From an uncultured Nocardiopsis sp. (lineage in GTDB: Bacteria; Actinomycetota; Actinomycetes; Streptosporangiales; Streptosporangiaceae), in NCBI GenBank assembly GCA_937957845.1, contig CALGOD010000459.1, positions 1-32,953 of the forward strand: DNA of 32,953 nucleotides, read 5' to 3'. A model generated the notes under the pieces. That model was not told where the DNA came from and made no database searches. It saw only the letters and a list, made by a program, of their open reading frames with translations. This document shows positions 8,175 to 18,700 of the stretch, piece by piece. Numbering within the stretch: the first letter of the stretch is position 1; the number at the start of each line of letters is the position of its first letter. Both the position numbers and the translations under genes were made by a program.

Positions 8175-8555
8175 TCACCCCGTGATGGCCTGGACGATGA
8201 TGGTGCCGACCGCAGCCAGAACGGCTGCGACCAGCAGGTAGATCAACTTCTTGCGCCCGTCGATGTCTTCGTTGTGCGCCTTCTCGATGCGCGCCGTACG
8301 TTCCTTGTAGTCCGCCTCGGTGCGGGCAGTCGCCTCCTTGAAGTCTTTCTCCAGCTCAGCGACAAGCCGCTCGACGCTAGCAATTCTCAGATCCATGAGC
8401 TGAGTGAAAGCCCCGATCTCAGCGTGCGTCACCCGCTGGTTCAGGCTCTCCCGCACTTCCTTGCGCATCTCTGCAAGGTCCTTGTGCAGACTGGCGAGCC
8501 GATCCGCCAGGTGTTTAGCTTCGATCATCGCTGCTGACGGGTTCTGCGTGGTCAT
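8175..8555 (-). CDS. Coiled-coil membrane protein with a single C-terminal TM helix (lysis-cassette associated)
   Basis: 126 aa with a heptad-rich N-terminal part and hydrophobic C-terminus LIYLLVAAVLAAVGTIIVQAI. Confidence 0.75.
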   Translation of the reverse strand: MTTQNPSAAMIEAKHLADRLASLHKDLAEMRKEVRESLNQRVTHAEIGAFTQLMDLRIASVERLVAELEKDFKEATARTEADYKERTARIEKAHNEDIDGRKKLIYLLVAAVLAAVGTIIVQAITG

Positions 8556-8694
8556 GGATCTCCCGTGTCCGGTACTGAGCCAGACGGGCCTGCGCGATGG
8601 CGAGATCGTACTGGACCTGTGAGAGTTGAGCGCGCAACTGCTCGATCACCAGCATCGCGTCAATTTGCGCGCCCGGCTGGGTGTTCTGATACAT
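8515..8694 (-). CDS. Small coiled-coil protein, 59 aa, not in ORF track
   Basis: MYQNTQPGAQIDAMLVIEQLRAQLSQVQYDLAIAQARLAQYRTREIHDHAEPVSSDDRS*. SD-like AGGGGGA upstream; it fills an otherwise empty gap and overlaps the next gene by 41 nt. Confidence 0.65.
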   Translation of the reverse strand: MYQNTQPGAQIDAMLVIEQLRAQLSQVQYDLAIAQARLAQYRTREIHDHAEPVSSDDRS

Positions 8695-8726
8695 GACGTC
8701 CCCCTGCGTATTGGTACGAACCCACC

Positions 8727-9398
8727 CTAACTTGTGGTCGGACCATTAACCAACGCCTGTTGGAAGAACGGTGCAGCATTGAACACAGTGTCCAGACGAA
8801 ATGCCTCGATGATGTCCGCTGCCTTGTCAGTTGCCAGCAAGATCTGCTGAAGAACATCCTCAGTGCAGTTCAGGGCGGCTGCGGCAGGGCTGGATACGGT
8901 CGTAGAGAACGACGACAGCATCATGCGCCCACGTTCTGACGTGGACAGGCGCACACGCTCCTTGGCGAAGGCTCGGGCCTTGTCCAAGTTCTCAGTCGGC
9001 AGCGCAGGAACCGCGTTGTCGGCGGCCATCAGCGTTCTGGGCTGCATCCTCTGCTGCGGCCCTCGCGGAAGTGGCTGCGCTCCGTTGAGTACCGCCCTGC
9101 ACTCGGCCTGGACGAAGTCCGTGTAGGCGGGGTACACGGTCACCGCAGCGAAGTCATCGGCCTCGGGGTCTTGCAGGCCACGTCCGATGTATTCCAGCGC
9201 CTGTGCGTTGTCGGTCAGCCCGAACACCTCGGTACGATTCCCCAGTGCCTGCACAGGGATCTCGCGAACCCAGTGCAGGGGCTGCCCGTCTTCGGTGAAC
9301 GCACTCCCTTCATCGTTGCGCATGATGATCCGGTCGAGTACGTTCCTGCCCTGCACACGCCGCTCTACGAACTCCACCCGTGTGTAGCGGGACATCAT
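8727..9398 (-). CDS. Hypothetical protein (follows tail genes)
   Basis: 223-aa ORF with strong SD AGGAGG, directly after the large tail gene. No motif recognised. Confidence 0.75.
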   Translation of the reverse strand: MMSRYTRVEFVERRVQGRNVLDRIIMRNDEGSAFTEDGQPLHWVREIPVQALGNRTEVFGLTDNAQALEYIGRGLQDPEADDFAAVTVYPAYTDFVQAECRAVLNGAQPLPRGPQQRMQPRTLMAADNAVPALPTENLDKARAFAKERVRLSTSERGRMMLSSFSTTVSSPAAAALNCTEDVLQQILLATDKAADIIEAFRLDTVFNAAPFFQQALVNGPTTS

Positions 9399-9407
9399 CC
9401 CCCCTCC

Positions 9408-12400
9408 TTAGATGTTCCGGTCTACCCAGAAGGATACGTACTGGACGCGGTGTGTGCCGTCACTCGTGCTGCTAGCGAAGAAGTTGCCGGTGTTCTGCAC
9501 AGTGACAGTGACCTGGACCTGTCGCCCTAGAGTTCCGTTTCCGTAGCCGGTCGCAATCGCGAGGCGATCCCCGTTGGGGGCGTTCGAGCCGTACGGGAAC
9601 TCCCAGTTCGTGGTCCCAGAGCCAGTAGTACTGCTCTGCCCCCAAATCACAAAGTCGTGAGAGCCCTGGCCACCGGTCAGGCGCCCCCGAAGGAACAGGT
9701 TCCAGGTCTCGAACTGCACACCGATGTTGCCGTAGCTGCCGAACTGGTAGCGAAGATAGCCACCACCGCCGTTTCCGTGGTTCAGCACCAGGTCCGTACG
9801 CCCGGAGCTGTTGCGCGTGACCTCGGAACCCGAGAGCACCACGCTGTAGGACCCGAAGCCGGACCCGTCGCCGGGGATGCTCATGAACAGCGAGGAGTCG
9901 CGGGCACCAGAGGCACCGGAGTACATGGTCAGACCAGGGTTGGAGGCCCAGGTAGCCGTGTCCGAGATGACGATGCGGTTCTGCCCGCTCAAGCCTGAGC
10001 GGTAGGTGCCCGTGGTCACCACGTTGCCCGTGGCCGACGAGACGCTGAAGGTCTCGTTGCCGTTCTGATCGTATGCACGCAGTCCGGCGCTGGTCATCTT
10101 CACGCCACGGTTGGTCGTGGCTGTGGTCTGGATCGTGGCACCGGTGATGGTGTGCTTGGCCGTGATCGCGTCGGCTGCGAGCTGCGTGGTCTGGATCGCG
10201 TTGGCCTGGATGTGCTGTGCGACGATCGCCCCAGCGTCGATCTTGTCCGTGGTGATCGCGTTGGCCTGGATCTTGTTGGCGCTGATCGCGCCGTCCTCGA
10301 TCAGGACCTGGCCGTTGGTGGTAGCCGCGAAGGGCTTGGTGATGCTGAGCAAGCCACCACTGCCGTCCATTCCGCTCAGGATGACACGGAAGTAGACGAT
10401 GACGGAGAACGAGCCTTCCGGGATGGCCGCACCGTTGGACGAGATCAGCTCACCGATCCCGCTGGAGGTGAACTGGACGGTTGCGGTCGTCGCAGGCTGT
10501 TCCAGCAGGTTGCCGTTGACGTCCAGGAAGCGCGCGTACCCCGCCACCTGCACCGTACTACCCGCAGGCTGGCCAGAAGAGATGAGCTGGGCACGGAAGA
10601 TGACCCGGCCCAGGTCCTGGTCTATCTGGATGCCCGCGTTGAGGTCGTTCAGTGAGGCCGCTTCCACGCTCTGCACATAGAAGAAGCGGTGGGTGCCATC
10701 GGCGTCGTAGAACAGGCTGATCCCGTTCTCACCGGTCGGCGTCGAGTGCGATCCCCAGCTACCTCCGGAGTGTGCACTGGACAGGGACTCACGCAGGGCG
10801 CTGAGATCGGCGTCCTGCATGTTCGGGTCGGTGATCAGGTTCTTCGTGTTGCCGACAGCGATGCGGTCAGCCGTCAGAGAGTAGGCCCTGACCTTGTCAC
10901 CCGTGATCTGCCCGGCCGCCACGTGCCGGTTGCGCACCGCATCGTCGGCCAGGATGTCGTCACGGACCGCACCCTCCTCCAGCAGCTCGTAGCCGATGGA
11001 ACCGGGCGTGACATCCGTGGGCACGAGCTGATCGGTGGCGATCGACTGCACACCCGAGGGCTCGGACTCGTTGCCCGAACGGTCCACGGCCACGAAGTAG
11101 AAGTAGCGCAGCTCGTTGTAGGGCTGGTTCGGCACCACGGCCGAGCCCTCCCGGTACAACGTGTCGATCCGCTCGAAGTCCTCGACCGGGTCGGCGCTCA
11201 TCCACACCTGGATGTGGTCGAAGTCCAGCGGCATCGGCAGGCTTCCGGCCGCCAGCCCGTCCCAGTACGCCTGGATCACGCCGAGGCGCGTCGAGAGCAC
11301 AGGGGTGGTCGGCGGCGGCGGCGGTTCCTGGTCCGGGTCAACCAGGATCGTCTGCGTAGGCGTGAAGGGGCCACGGCGTTCGTTGCGCCCAACAGCGCGC
11401 ACACGCACCTGGTACAGCTCTTCGACGTCGAACGGAGACAGGAACGCCTGCGTGTCCGGAGAGTCCACCACCGTCACGAGCTGCCACGGGGCAGTGGCCA
11501 CCGCATGACGCACCCACACCTCGTAGCGCCGAATATCCATCGGTGTGCCGTCTGTGGCCGTGGTCACCGGCAGCCAGCCCGCACTGATCTGGCCGACAGC
11601 CTCGCCTCGGTTGTCGATGTACGTCTCGGAGTTGAGGACCAGTCCCGCAGGCGCAGCAGGCAGGCGGGTGTCCTCGCTGGGAGCGCCGCCACCACCGCCG
11701 GGCTGGCCGGTGCTGGTGGTCAGCGAGTCGAGCGTGCGCTGACGCCGTAGGTCCCGCTCGATGAAGCGGTCGTTGAGCACCAGGTTGCCCGTGACGCCCT
11801 GACTCTTGTCCGAGGTCAGGGTGATCTGGCGCACACGCAGATCGTCGTTGGTGCCGTCCTTGGCCGGGGCCGTGATGAAGTCGCCCGGAAAGTAGTTGAT
11901 GAGCGGCAGGTACAACGTGGTCGGGAAGGCGATCTCGCGTGTCATCTGCACACGCCGCCCCGTCGTCTGCGACAGTCTGGCCTGCGCCAGAGCGATGAGC
12001 GTGCCCGAGTCGGACACACCGCTCTGGTTCATGGCCTCCTCCCACGTGCCCCAGGGTTGGAGGGAGGTGTTGTTGGTAACCGAGACCCGAGTCCCGTCGC
12101 CCATGATGAAGATGCGCCCGGCCAGAGCCTCGTAGGACGAGTCATTCGGGGCGTCGAGCAGGTCCCTCTGCGCGTGCAGGGTCACCGAGCTGGTGCGATC
12201 GGCGTGAAGCGTGGTGTCCACGTTGTAGACCTGGAACGTACGGCGGTCGAACCGCCAGTCGAAGACCCCCTGACTGCACAGGGCGTCCACGATGGACCAC
12301 AGGTCCTGGCCAGCGTCGAAGCTGAGCGTCAGCGTGATGTTCCACGGCTGCCCGGCCGAGTCGTGCGTGTTGGTGAAGTCGTAGGTGAGGCCCGGAACGT

Positions 12401-14558
12401 TGCCTCGGGCCTTGGCCTCCTCAATGAACGTGCTCAGGATGCGACCGGGCGTGGCCGCAGCGAAAGAACGCTTCCCCTCCTCATCGAACTGGGAGGTGTT
12501 CATGTTCCGGATCTTGCGGAGCTGCCAGCCGTAGTGCGGCATCGAGTAGCGAACGATCCCGAGCCGGTCAGTGGGGTCGTCCTGCTCCCGGATGGCCAGG
12601 AAGCGGCAGTTCGGAGGCTCGACGTAGTTCGGGTCGTCCTGCGGGGCCAGCTCCAACGCCACCTCGCACGGGTTGGCCAGGTATGTGGCCCCCGGAACGT
12701 GCTTGGGGTACTCCAGAGCCAACGAAGGCAGGTCGTTGAGCGGGATGCCAGCGTTCCAGCTCAGTGGCATGGGGAGCTGGCCCAGCCGAGAGCCGTTGGG
12801 AGCGTAGGCGATCAGCCGGTAGCGCAGTCCGGTGCGAACGATGCCCGGAAGGATGCTCTCCGAGGTGCCGGAGGCACTGCCACCGAACACGATGCCCGCC
12901 GAACCGCTGTCCGAGGTGTCCTTGGCCCCCAGACCACCGCCCGAGAAGGCCACAACACCCTCGCCTGCGCCCGTGCGCGCGGCCACACCCTCGCCGCCAC
13001 CATCGAAGGCCGCTGTTGCGGTCACCTGGTGTGCAGTTCCCTGCACACCCGACGCCGCAGCGCTGAAGACGACCCCTGCCGAGGCCGCATCGTCGCTGCG
13101 CTTGTGCCCTGACACCTCCGTGCCGACAACGAACGCGCCGGAGCCGGTGTCCTCGCTGCTGCGCTGCCACTGAAGAAGACCGCTGAAAGCCACGGAGCCG
13201 TCCGCAGAGACGTCCATGGACCGAACACCCGCTGCCGACCCTGCAACGGCCACAGCGCCCGACACAGCGTCGTTCCGGGTGCTCGTTCCGGCGACTGCCC
13301 CGGACACCGTGAACTCCCCGACCGCCACACCGCCGGTCGTGTCCTCTCCATGGGCGTGTGCCCCGAAGAGCACACCCCCTTCAGCCACGGCGGAGACAGC
13401 CCTCGTGCCGGAAGCCTGGCCGCCGAAGACGACCGAGCCCTCGGCACTTCCTCCGATTCCCTGGCTGTGCTCTTCCTGCCCCTCGAAGACCACAGCTCCC
13501 GTGCCGGAACCGCTGCGGTCGAGCAGGACCGCCGTCTGTGCGTCGAAGACGACAGGGGCGTTGAGCAGCACGGCACTGCTCTTGGCCGCGTCCACGCCAC
13601 CGCTGAACTCCAGAGCAGCCGAACCCTGTCCGGTGACTGCCGTTGCAGGTCCGATGTACGTTCCCTGGTCCGAGACGGCCAGGCCGCCGATGCGGATCGG
13701 GATGGGGTAGAAGTTCGGGTTGCTCTTACGTGCGACTACCAGGTCCAGCGCACTCTGCACCTCGGGACCGGCCTCGCCGTCCACCAGCAGATCGTATGCC
13801 TGCTGGAAGGCAACGGTCGCATCCTGGGTCTCACCGCCGTAGTCACCATCCGCCCCGAAGTTCGGCAGGATTCCGGGGTCCCAGATGAGCAGCTTCTCCT
13901 GGTAGGGCGTGACCAGCCCACCGGTGTTGGCGTCGTTGTCCCCCAGGCGCAGGGTCGTGTACTTGTACCAGCGGTACCCGGACAGCGTGAAGCGGTTCGT
14001 GTTGGTGAGAGTGTGAGCCCAGGTGTTCTGCCGGAATCTCGTGGTGGTGTTGCCAGCGAACACCCGGCTCGTGATGCTGCCCGAGCCATCGTAGATGATC
14101 TCGTACCGCAGGAGCTGGTTGAACGTCACGGCATTGCCGGACTCACTACCCTGCACCGCTGGAGTCGACAGGTCGGGGAGCTGGTACCTCGTCACCACGT
14201 TGCGGCCCGAGGATTCGCGCATCACCAAGGTCACCTCGTCGGTGCTGGCAGTGCCCAGCGTGAAGAGGTGGCGGTACTCGTTGATGTCGAACGGGCTGGT
14301 CAGCGGGAGCGGGCGCACGTAGAAGCGCACAGCCCACGCACCGCTGGGGAGCGCATAGCTGATACGGCCCGTGTCGTCCCGGGCGTAGTGCGCCCTGAAG
14401 TTGATGTTCGTCAGGCCATTGATGGGATAGGTGTCGTCGTAAAGCAGCGACCCCGGGTTGCTCAAGGCAGTGGCTGGCGTGCCCGAAGCGGCGATGGTGC
14501 CCGTCGTCGGCTGCGTGCCATCAGGCCCGGAGAGGCTGTTCTGGACCGTGATCGCCAC
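9408..14558 (-). CDS. Large mosaic minor tail protein (beta-sandwich + PG-binding domain + 20-aa repeats + tail hub/Tal-like + FN3-like + fibre region)
   Basis: 1716 aa with SD AAGGAGG before GTG, two genes after the distal tail gene. PG-binding motif at about 13745-13952, FN3-like segments (YQVRVRAVGRN; YFYFVAVDRSGNES) and AITTDKI/AIVAQHI repeats typical of siphophage central fibres. Confidence 0.85.
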   Translation of the reverse strand: MAITVQNSLSGPDGTQPTTGTIAASGTPATALSNPGSLLYDDTYPINGLTNINFRAHYARDDTGRISYALPSGAWAVRFYVRPLPLTSPFDINEYRHLFTLGTASTDEVTLVMRESSGRNVVTRYQLPDLSTPAVQGSESGNAVTFNQLLRYEIIYDGSGSITSRVFAGNTTTRFRQNTWAHTLTNTNRFTLSGYRWYKYTTLRLGDNDANTGGLVTPYQEKLLIWDPGILPNFGADGDYGGETQDATVAFQQAYDLLVDGEAGPEVQSALDLVVARKSNPNFYPIPIRIGGLAVSDQGTYIGPATAVTGQGSAALEFSGGVDAAKSSAVLLNAPVVFDAQTAVLLDRSGSGTGAVVFEGQEEHSQGIGGSAEGSVVFGGQASGTRAVSAVAEGGVLFGAHAHGEDTTGGVAVGEFTVSGAVAGTSTRNDAVSGAVAVAGSAAGVRSMDVSADGSVAFSGLLQWQRSSEDTGSGAFVVGTEVSGHKRSDDAASAGVVFSAAASGVQGTAHQVTATAAFDGGGEGVAARTGAGEGVVAFSGGGLGAKDTSDSGSAGIVFGGSASGTSESILPGIVRTGLRYRLIAYAPNGSRLGQLPMPLSWNAGIPLNDLPSLALEYPKHVPGATYLANPCEVALELAPQDDPNYVEPPNCRFLAIREQDDPTDRLGIVRYSMPHYGWQLRKIRNMNTSQFDEEGKRSFAAATPGRILSTFIEEAKARGNVPGLTYDFTNTHDSAGQPWNITLTLSFDAGQDLWSIVDALCSQGVFDWRFDRRTFQVYNVDTTLHADRTSSVTLHAQRDLLDAPNDSSYEALAGRIFIMGDGTRVSVTNNTSLQPWGTWEEAMNQSGVSDSGTLIALAQARLSQTTGRRVQMTREIAFPTTLYLPLINYFPGDFITAPAKDGTNDDLRVRQITLTSDKSQGVTGNLVLNDRFIERDLRRQRTLDSLTTSTGQPGGGGGAPSEDTRLPAAPAGLVLNSETYIDNRGEAVGQISAGWLPVTTATDGTPMDIRRYEVWVRHAVATAPWQLVTVVDSPDTQAFLSPFDVEELYQVRVRAVGRNERRGPFTPTQTILVDPDQEPPPPPTTPVLSTRLGVIQAYWDGLAAGSLPMPLDFDHIQVWMSADPVEDFERIDTLYREGSAVVPNQPYNELRYFYFVAVDRSGNESEPSGVQSIATDQLVPTDVTPGSIGYELLEEGAVRDDILADDAVRNRHVAAGQITGDKVRAYSLTADRIAVGNTKNLITDPNMQDADLSALRESLSSAHSGGSWGSHSTPTGENGISLFYDADGTHRFFYVQSVEAASLNDLNAGIQIDQDLGRVIFRAQLISSGQPAGSTVQVAGYARFLDVNGNLLEQPATTATVQFTSSGIGELISSNGAAIPEGSFSVIVYFRVILSGMDGSGGLLSITKPFAATTNGQVLIEDGAISANKIQANAITTDKIDAGAIVAQHIQANAIQTTQLAADAITAKHTITGATIQTTATTNRGVKMTSAGLRAYDQNGNETFSVSSATGNVVTTGTYRSGLSGQNRIVISDTATWASNPGLTMYSGASGARDSSLFMSIPGDGSGFGSYSVVLSGSEVTRNSSGRTDLVLNHGNGGGGYLRYQFGSYGNIGVQFETWNLFLRGRLTGGQGSHDFVIWGQSSTTGSGTTNWEFPYGSNAPNGDRLAIATGYGNGTLGRQVQVTVTVQNTGNFFASSTSDGTHRVQYVSFWVDRNI
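12860..13640 (-). repeat. About 13 tandem degenerate 20-aa (60-nt) Gly/Ala/Ser-rich repeats in the tail protein
   Basis: Units such as RSGSGTGAVVFEGQEEHSQG, IGGSAEGSVVFGGQASGTRA, SDDAASAGVVFSAAASGVQG and TSDSGSAGIVFGGSASGTSE keep a 20-residue register with a recurring V-x-F. Confidence 0.8.
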
Positions 14559-14573
14559 GGCAGCCTCCTTGGA

Positions 14574-14921
14574 CTAAGCGTTGGACGCGGTGATGGAGAG
14601 CTGAGTCAGGGTGAAGGTACCGTCACCTGCGTAGACCTCGGAGTTGTCCAGGATGATCGAGCCCTCCCACTGCGGGCCAGCGCTCCACAGGCCGACGTAG
14701 GCCACGGTGCTGCCGCCGGGGATGTCGAACTCGGCCGGGGTGTCGATGCCCACCGAGCCCGCCGTGGCCGCGCCCCAGCTCGGAGTCTGGCGAGCGTAGG
14801 TACCCCCGCTCACCTCGCTGGCACCCGTACTGCCGGGGTCCGCCTCGTGCAGCGAGATCGACGTGATGGTCCCCGCCATCGCGTCCAGCGCCACGTTGAA
14901 GAGCGTGTTCTGGAAAGCCAT
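14574..14921 (-). CDS. Small minor tail / fibre-associated protein
   Basis: 115 aa. ISLHEADPGSTGASEVSGGTYARQ resembles a widespread small actinophage tail protein that precedes repeat-rich tail proteins. Confidence 0.7.
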   Translation of the reverse strand: MAFQNTLFNVALDAMAGTITSISLHEADPGSTGASEVSGGTYARQTPSWGAATAGSVGIDTPAEFDIPGGSTVAYVGLWSAGPQWEGSIILDNSEVYAGDGTFTLTQLSITASNA

Positions 14922-14930
14922 GCGTTCCTC

Positions 14931-15770
14931 CTAGATGTGCGTCTGCCGAGCCAGGATGGTCAGCTCAGTATTGCTCGACGTGCCCGCTGCTGACACCGTC
15001 ACGGAGTTCGAGTTGTTGCCCACGACGAACGAAGGAACGGACACCAGAGACAGCATACCGTTGCCGATCGTGCGCAGTCCCGAACTGACGTCCGAGCCGC
15101 GCTGTTCCCAGTCGTCGGTCGTGTTGCGCCATGCCGTGTAGGTCGCGCAGTCCACCAGAAGGTACTGACTGGCGCTGATCACCGGACTGAGCTGCCACTG
15201 GAACCCCGTGTCGTTGGTGTTGTCCCGCACGACAACATTAGACACAGGACCACGCACACGCACCAGGGCATCTGTGATGGGGCCGGATGACGCAGCAGCC
15301 ACCGTTACCACCTGGTCAGTACCGGGGATGGCGAGCTGCTGCTCACTGGCGTTGATACTCTGCCACCTTCCCGAGGGGTTGTGCAGCATGATCGTGGTGG
15401 TGATCATTCCAGCAGCGCAGTAGAAGTCCGGCTCGCTCATCGAAAGCAACTGCATCTGCGTCGAAGTGACCTGGTCTTCCTCCAAACGGCGCACAGTCAC
15501 GGGGTTGTTGCCACCTGTGCGCATGAGCGACCGGAGGTACTGCCACTTCTGCCGCAGCCCCAGCGGATTCTGGTCACGGATGCGCACATTGAAGGTCATG
15601 TTGGTGCTGGAGAGCGGGTCGTTCCACTGCGGGATCTCCCCGTGCACACCCGGCACCTCCAGGTTCACCCTGCGAGGAGCGATCTCCGCAGCGTAGCTGC
15701 TCCCCTCCAGAAGCTGGAACCCCAGCTCGGGTTGGTGCAGGTTGAAGCCTTCGATCGTGTATTCGAGCAT
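14931..15770 (-). CDS. Distal tail protein (Dit-like minor tail protein)
   Basis: 279 aa, immediately after the tape measure gene with TGATG coupling; beta-rich. Confidence 0.75.
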   Translation of the reverse strand: MLEYTIEGFNLHQPELGFQLLEGSSYAAEIAPRRVNLEVPGVHGEIPQWNDPLSSTNMTFNVRIRDQNPLGLRQKWQYLRSLMRTGGNNPVTVRRLEEDQVTSTQMQLLSMSEPDFYCAAGMITTTIMLHNPSGRWQSINASEQQLAIPGTDQVVTVAAASSGPITDALVRVRGPVSNVVVRDNTNDTGFQWQLSPVISASQYLLVDCATYTAWRNTTDDWEQRGSDVSSGLRTIGNGMLSLVSVPSFVVGNNSNSVTVSAAGTSSNTELTILARQTHI

Positions 15771-18700
15771 CAGTCCACTCCGTCCAGGGCGGCAGCGTAG
15801 GCCAGCGCGCGGTTGACCGTGACCGAAGTGGGCTCAGCCTGCGGGTACTGGTTGTTGATCTGGATCTTCCAGCCGCTGGCATCCGGTCGGCGCACCGAGG
15901 ACAGACTACGGCGCACACCCGCCGGGGCCGAATCGCGCATGGCGCTGAGCGGACGTCGGGGGATGCGGAAGATGTCGTCCGGAACGAAGTTCGGCGTGAG
16001 GACCTGCGCCCCACCCGAACTGTTCTGGCGGTTGATCCACTCCAGCAGCGGTCCGAACTCCCGAGCCGACCGGGCGTTGACGACGAACTCCCGGTCCGAG
16101 AGCAGCGCAGGAATCTTGTCCTGGCGTGTGCCGCCAGGTCCGGAGACCCAACCACCGTCCTTATGGCCCTGAGATCCGTACTGTCCGCCAGCCCCCGTAG
16201 ACACGGTCGGGCTGACCGTCAAGCGGACGTTACGGTTCCACCAACCCTTGACCGAGTCCCACCAACCGGTAATGGATTCCCAGAACCCTCCGGTGCTGGT
16301 AGTAGGTTCGACAACCGCAGCCTCGTTGGCCTCTCGCATCAACGTTTCGATGTCAGAGAGGAGGCTGTTCATCTCTTCCAGAGCCTCAGTGGCGTCACCA
16401 TAGAACTCCAGCGTGGGGTCGGAGTTGTCGAACTCCGTCTCCGCGTAATCGGTCATGCGGTCGACAGCCTCACCCATGGAGATTTCACCCTCACCCACCT
16501 GAGCGAGCAGGTTGTTGGCGAAGTCCACACCGCCCTGATCGCCAGCCTGCGCGGCCTGCACCATGAAGTCGGCGAATACAAGGCTGAAGTCATCGAGTAC
16601 CTGACCTCCACCCTGTCGCCACAGATCGACGAAGCGGGCCACTTCCTCGTCTGTAGCGTTAACGAGTCCCTGAACGATCTCAGCGCCCTCGGAACCCATC
16701 TCGGTAAGTCCGGCCACGACATCCGCTGGAACGCCGTCAGCAGAGAGCTGAAGGAGGTTCTGAGCCCACTCCATTTGAGCTTCACTGGCGATCTGCAACT
16801 GATCCAGATAGAGGCTGAAGCCGCCCTCTACCTCCAGCAAGCTGGCGAATTGGTCTTCGAGCCCATCATTGGCCACGGCTAGCGCATCACCCCAAGCGGT
16901 CAAGGGGTCGATGAAGGAAGCGAAGCCCTCAGCGAGGGTGTTCACGCTAATGCCCAGCCCCGTGATGGTGTCGGACATGATCTCCGCCTGGAGATCCATC
17001 TCCGAGAGTTCCAACGCAGTAGCTTCAGTACCGTCCTTCAGACGCAGAGTCTCACCGACCATAAGGTCCTGGGCGGTCACTGCACCGAGCATCGAAGCCG
17101 ATACCGCTTCGAGTGCCCCACTCATGTCGTGTGTAGCGTCCAGAGCCAAAGCCTGCTCAGAGCGCAGATCCACGGTACCGAAGGTGACCACACGGAGCGC
17201 GTTGGCCATGTGGTCCAACGTCTTTTGTCCCGTGGTCATGTTGTCGTACATGAGCTGGACTTGTGCGTCCAACAGAGCAACGCCATCTCCAGCGTTGGCC
17301 ATCTCCAGTGTGAGCGCCGCCCCCAGGTCCACACCGGCGTCCTTCATGGCCTCCAGTGCTTCCGCGTTGTTGTACGCGGCAGTCTCCATGAGCGCTGCGT
17401 CGAGTACAGCGGCACCATACGCACGAGCGGCCAGACCAACAGCGACGATGTTGTCCTGCACCGCCTCCGTAGTGTCTACGGTCGCCTCACGGAGACGTTC
17501 CTGAGCGTCGAACAGCCCCACGGGAGCGTCAGCCGCACCGCTGGTGGCTCGCTCCAACTCCGCCATGGCATCAGCCTGACCCCGAGCACTGTCACCCGAC
17601 TCCCGAAGGACTCCAGCGATGCCTTCCTGTGCCCTGGCGAGGTCTTCAGCGGACTGCTGTGCTTCACGATCGGACTCGATACCCTCCCGGTTGCTGAGTA
17701 CACGGAAGCGTGAGTGCTCCAGGATGGCCTGAGCCGACTGGGAGTAAGCATTGGTGGTGTTGTCCAGGGCGTCGATCTGCTCGAACGCCGCGTCCCGCGC
17801 CTCTCGGTAGGCAGCCGTATCAGCAGCGAGCGCATCTTGAAGGGCCTTACTACCTCCAGCGGCTTCAAGGTACTGCCTGTTGGCTCTGACTACAGACTCA
17901 CTGGAGCTGTCAGCAGCGCGAGCAAAGTCCTGGTAGGCCAGCACCAGAGCGGAAACACCGGCAAGAAGCGCACCGAACCCTGCTAGTGAGCCCAGCACTG
18001 AACCGAGCGTTCGCACAGCGGCACCAGCAGCCGACGCAGCAGCCGTGAACCTCGTCATACCCGCAGTGGCCGCGTTGGATGCAATCGTGAACGAGTTCAT
18101 CGACGTCACAGCAGCCAGGCGCGAAGCCGTGTTCGCCCCCACGCTGCGCGTGTTCGCCAGCAGCGAGGCCGTATTGGCTGCCGTGGCTGCGGTTCCAGTA
18201 CTGAAGACCCCAGTAACGGCCATCTGTGCGGTACGCAGTGCCAGAAGACCACGAACCACCGTCGTGCCTGCGATACCCAAGGTTCCCAATGCGGCAGCAG
18301 CCGCCAGAGCCACGATGCTCCAGCCCAACACCGGAGCGGCGTCGATCGAGTCCAAGAACTGGATCATCGAGGTAGTACCCTCGACCAGCCTGGTGATGAA
18401 GGGAGCGATGGCTTGGACCGCATTGAACAGGAACTCGTTCCAGGCGTTCGACATCAGCTGCACACGCGCGGTCAGCGTGTTGAAAATACGATCCGACTCA
18501 CTGTACAAGTACGTAGCATCTTCGTACGCAGTGCTGGCGTTCGTTACCGAATCCTTGACCACATCCCAGTTGGCCGCGAGTCGTGCCAGCATGTCAACGT
18601 CTCGGGTGTTGATGATCCCCATCTCACGAAGCACAGGGACGAGGTTGGTCCCCTCCTTGTACATCTCGTTCAAACTGGAGATGATCGTCCAGAAGAACTG

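Noticed and set aside
6757-8241. 494-aa + strand ORF over the lysis cassette
   Set aside because: Antisense shadow of GC3-biased real genes; it crosses a terminator and has no motifs.
12860-13640. Periodic DNA as a possible CRISPR array or DGR repeat
   Set aside because: The periodicity is at the protein level with highly diverged DNA; there are no identical repeats, spacers or reverse transcriptase in the window.
13350-14993. 547-aa + strand ORF opposite the tail genes
   Set aside because: Antisense shadow ORF typical of high-GC DNA; no recognisable domain.
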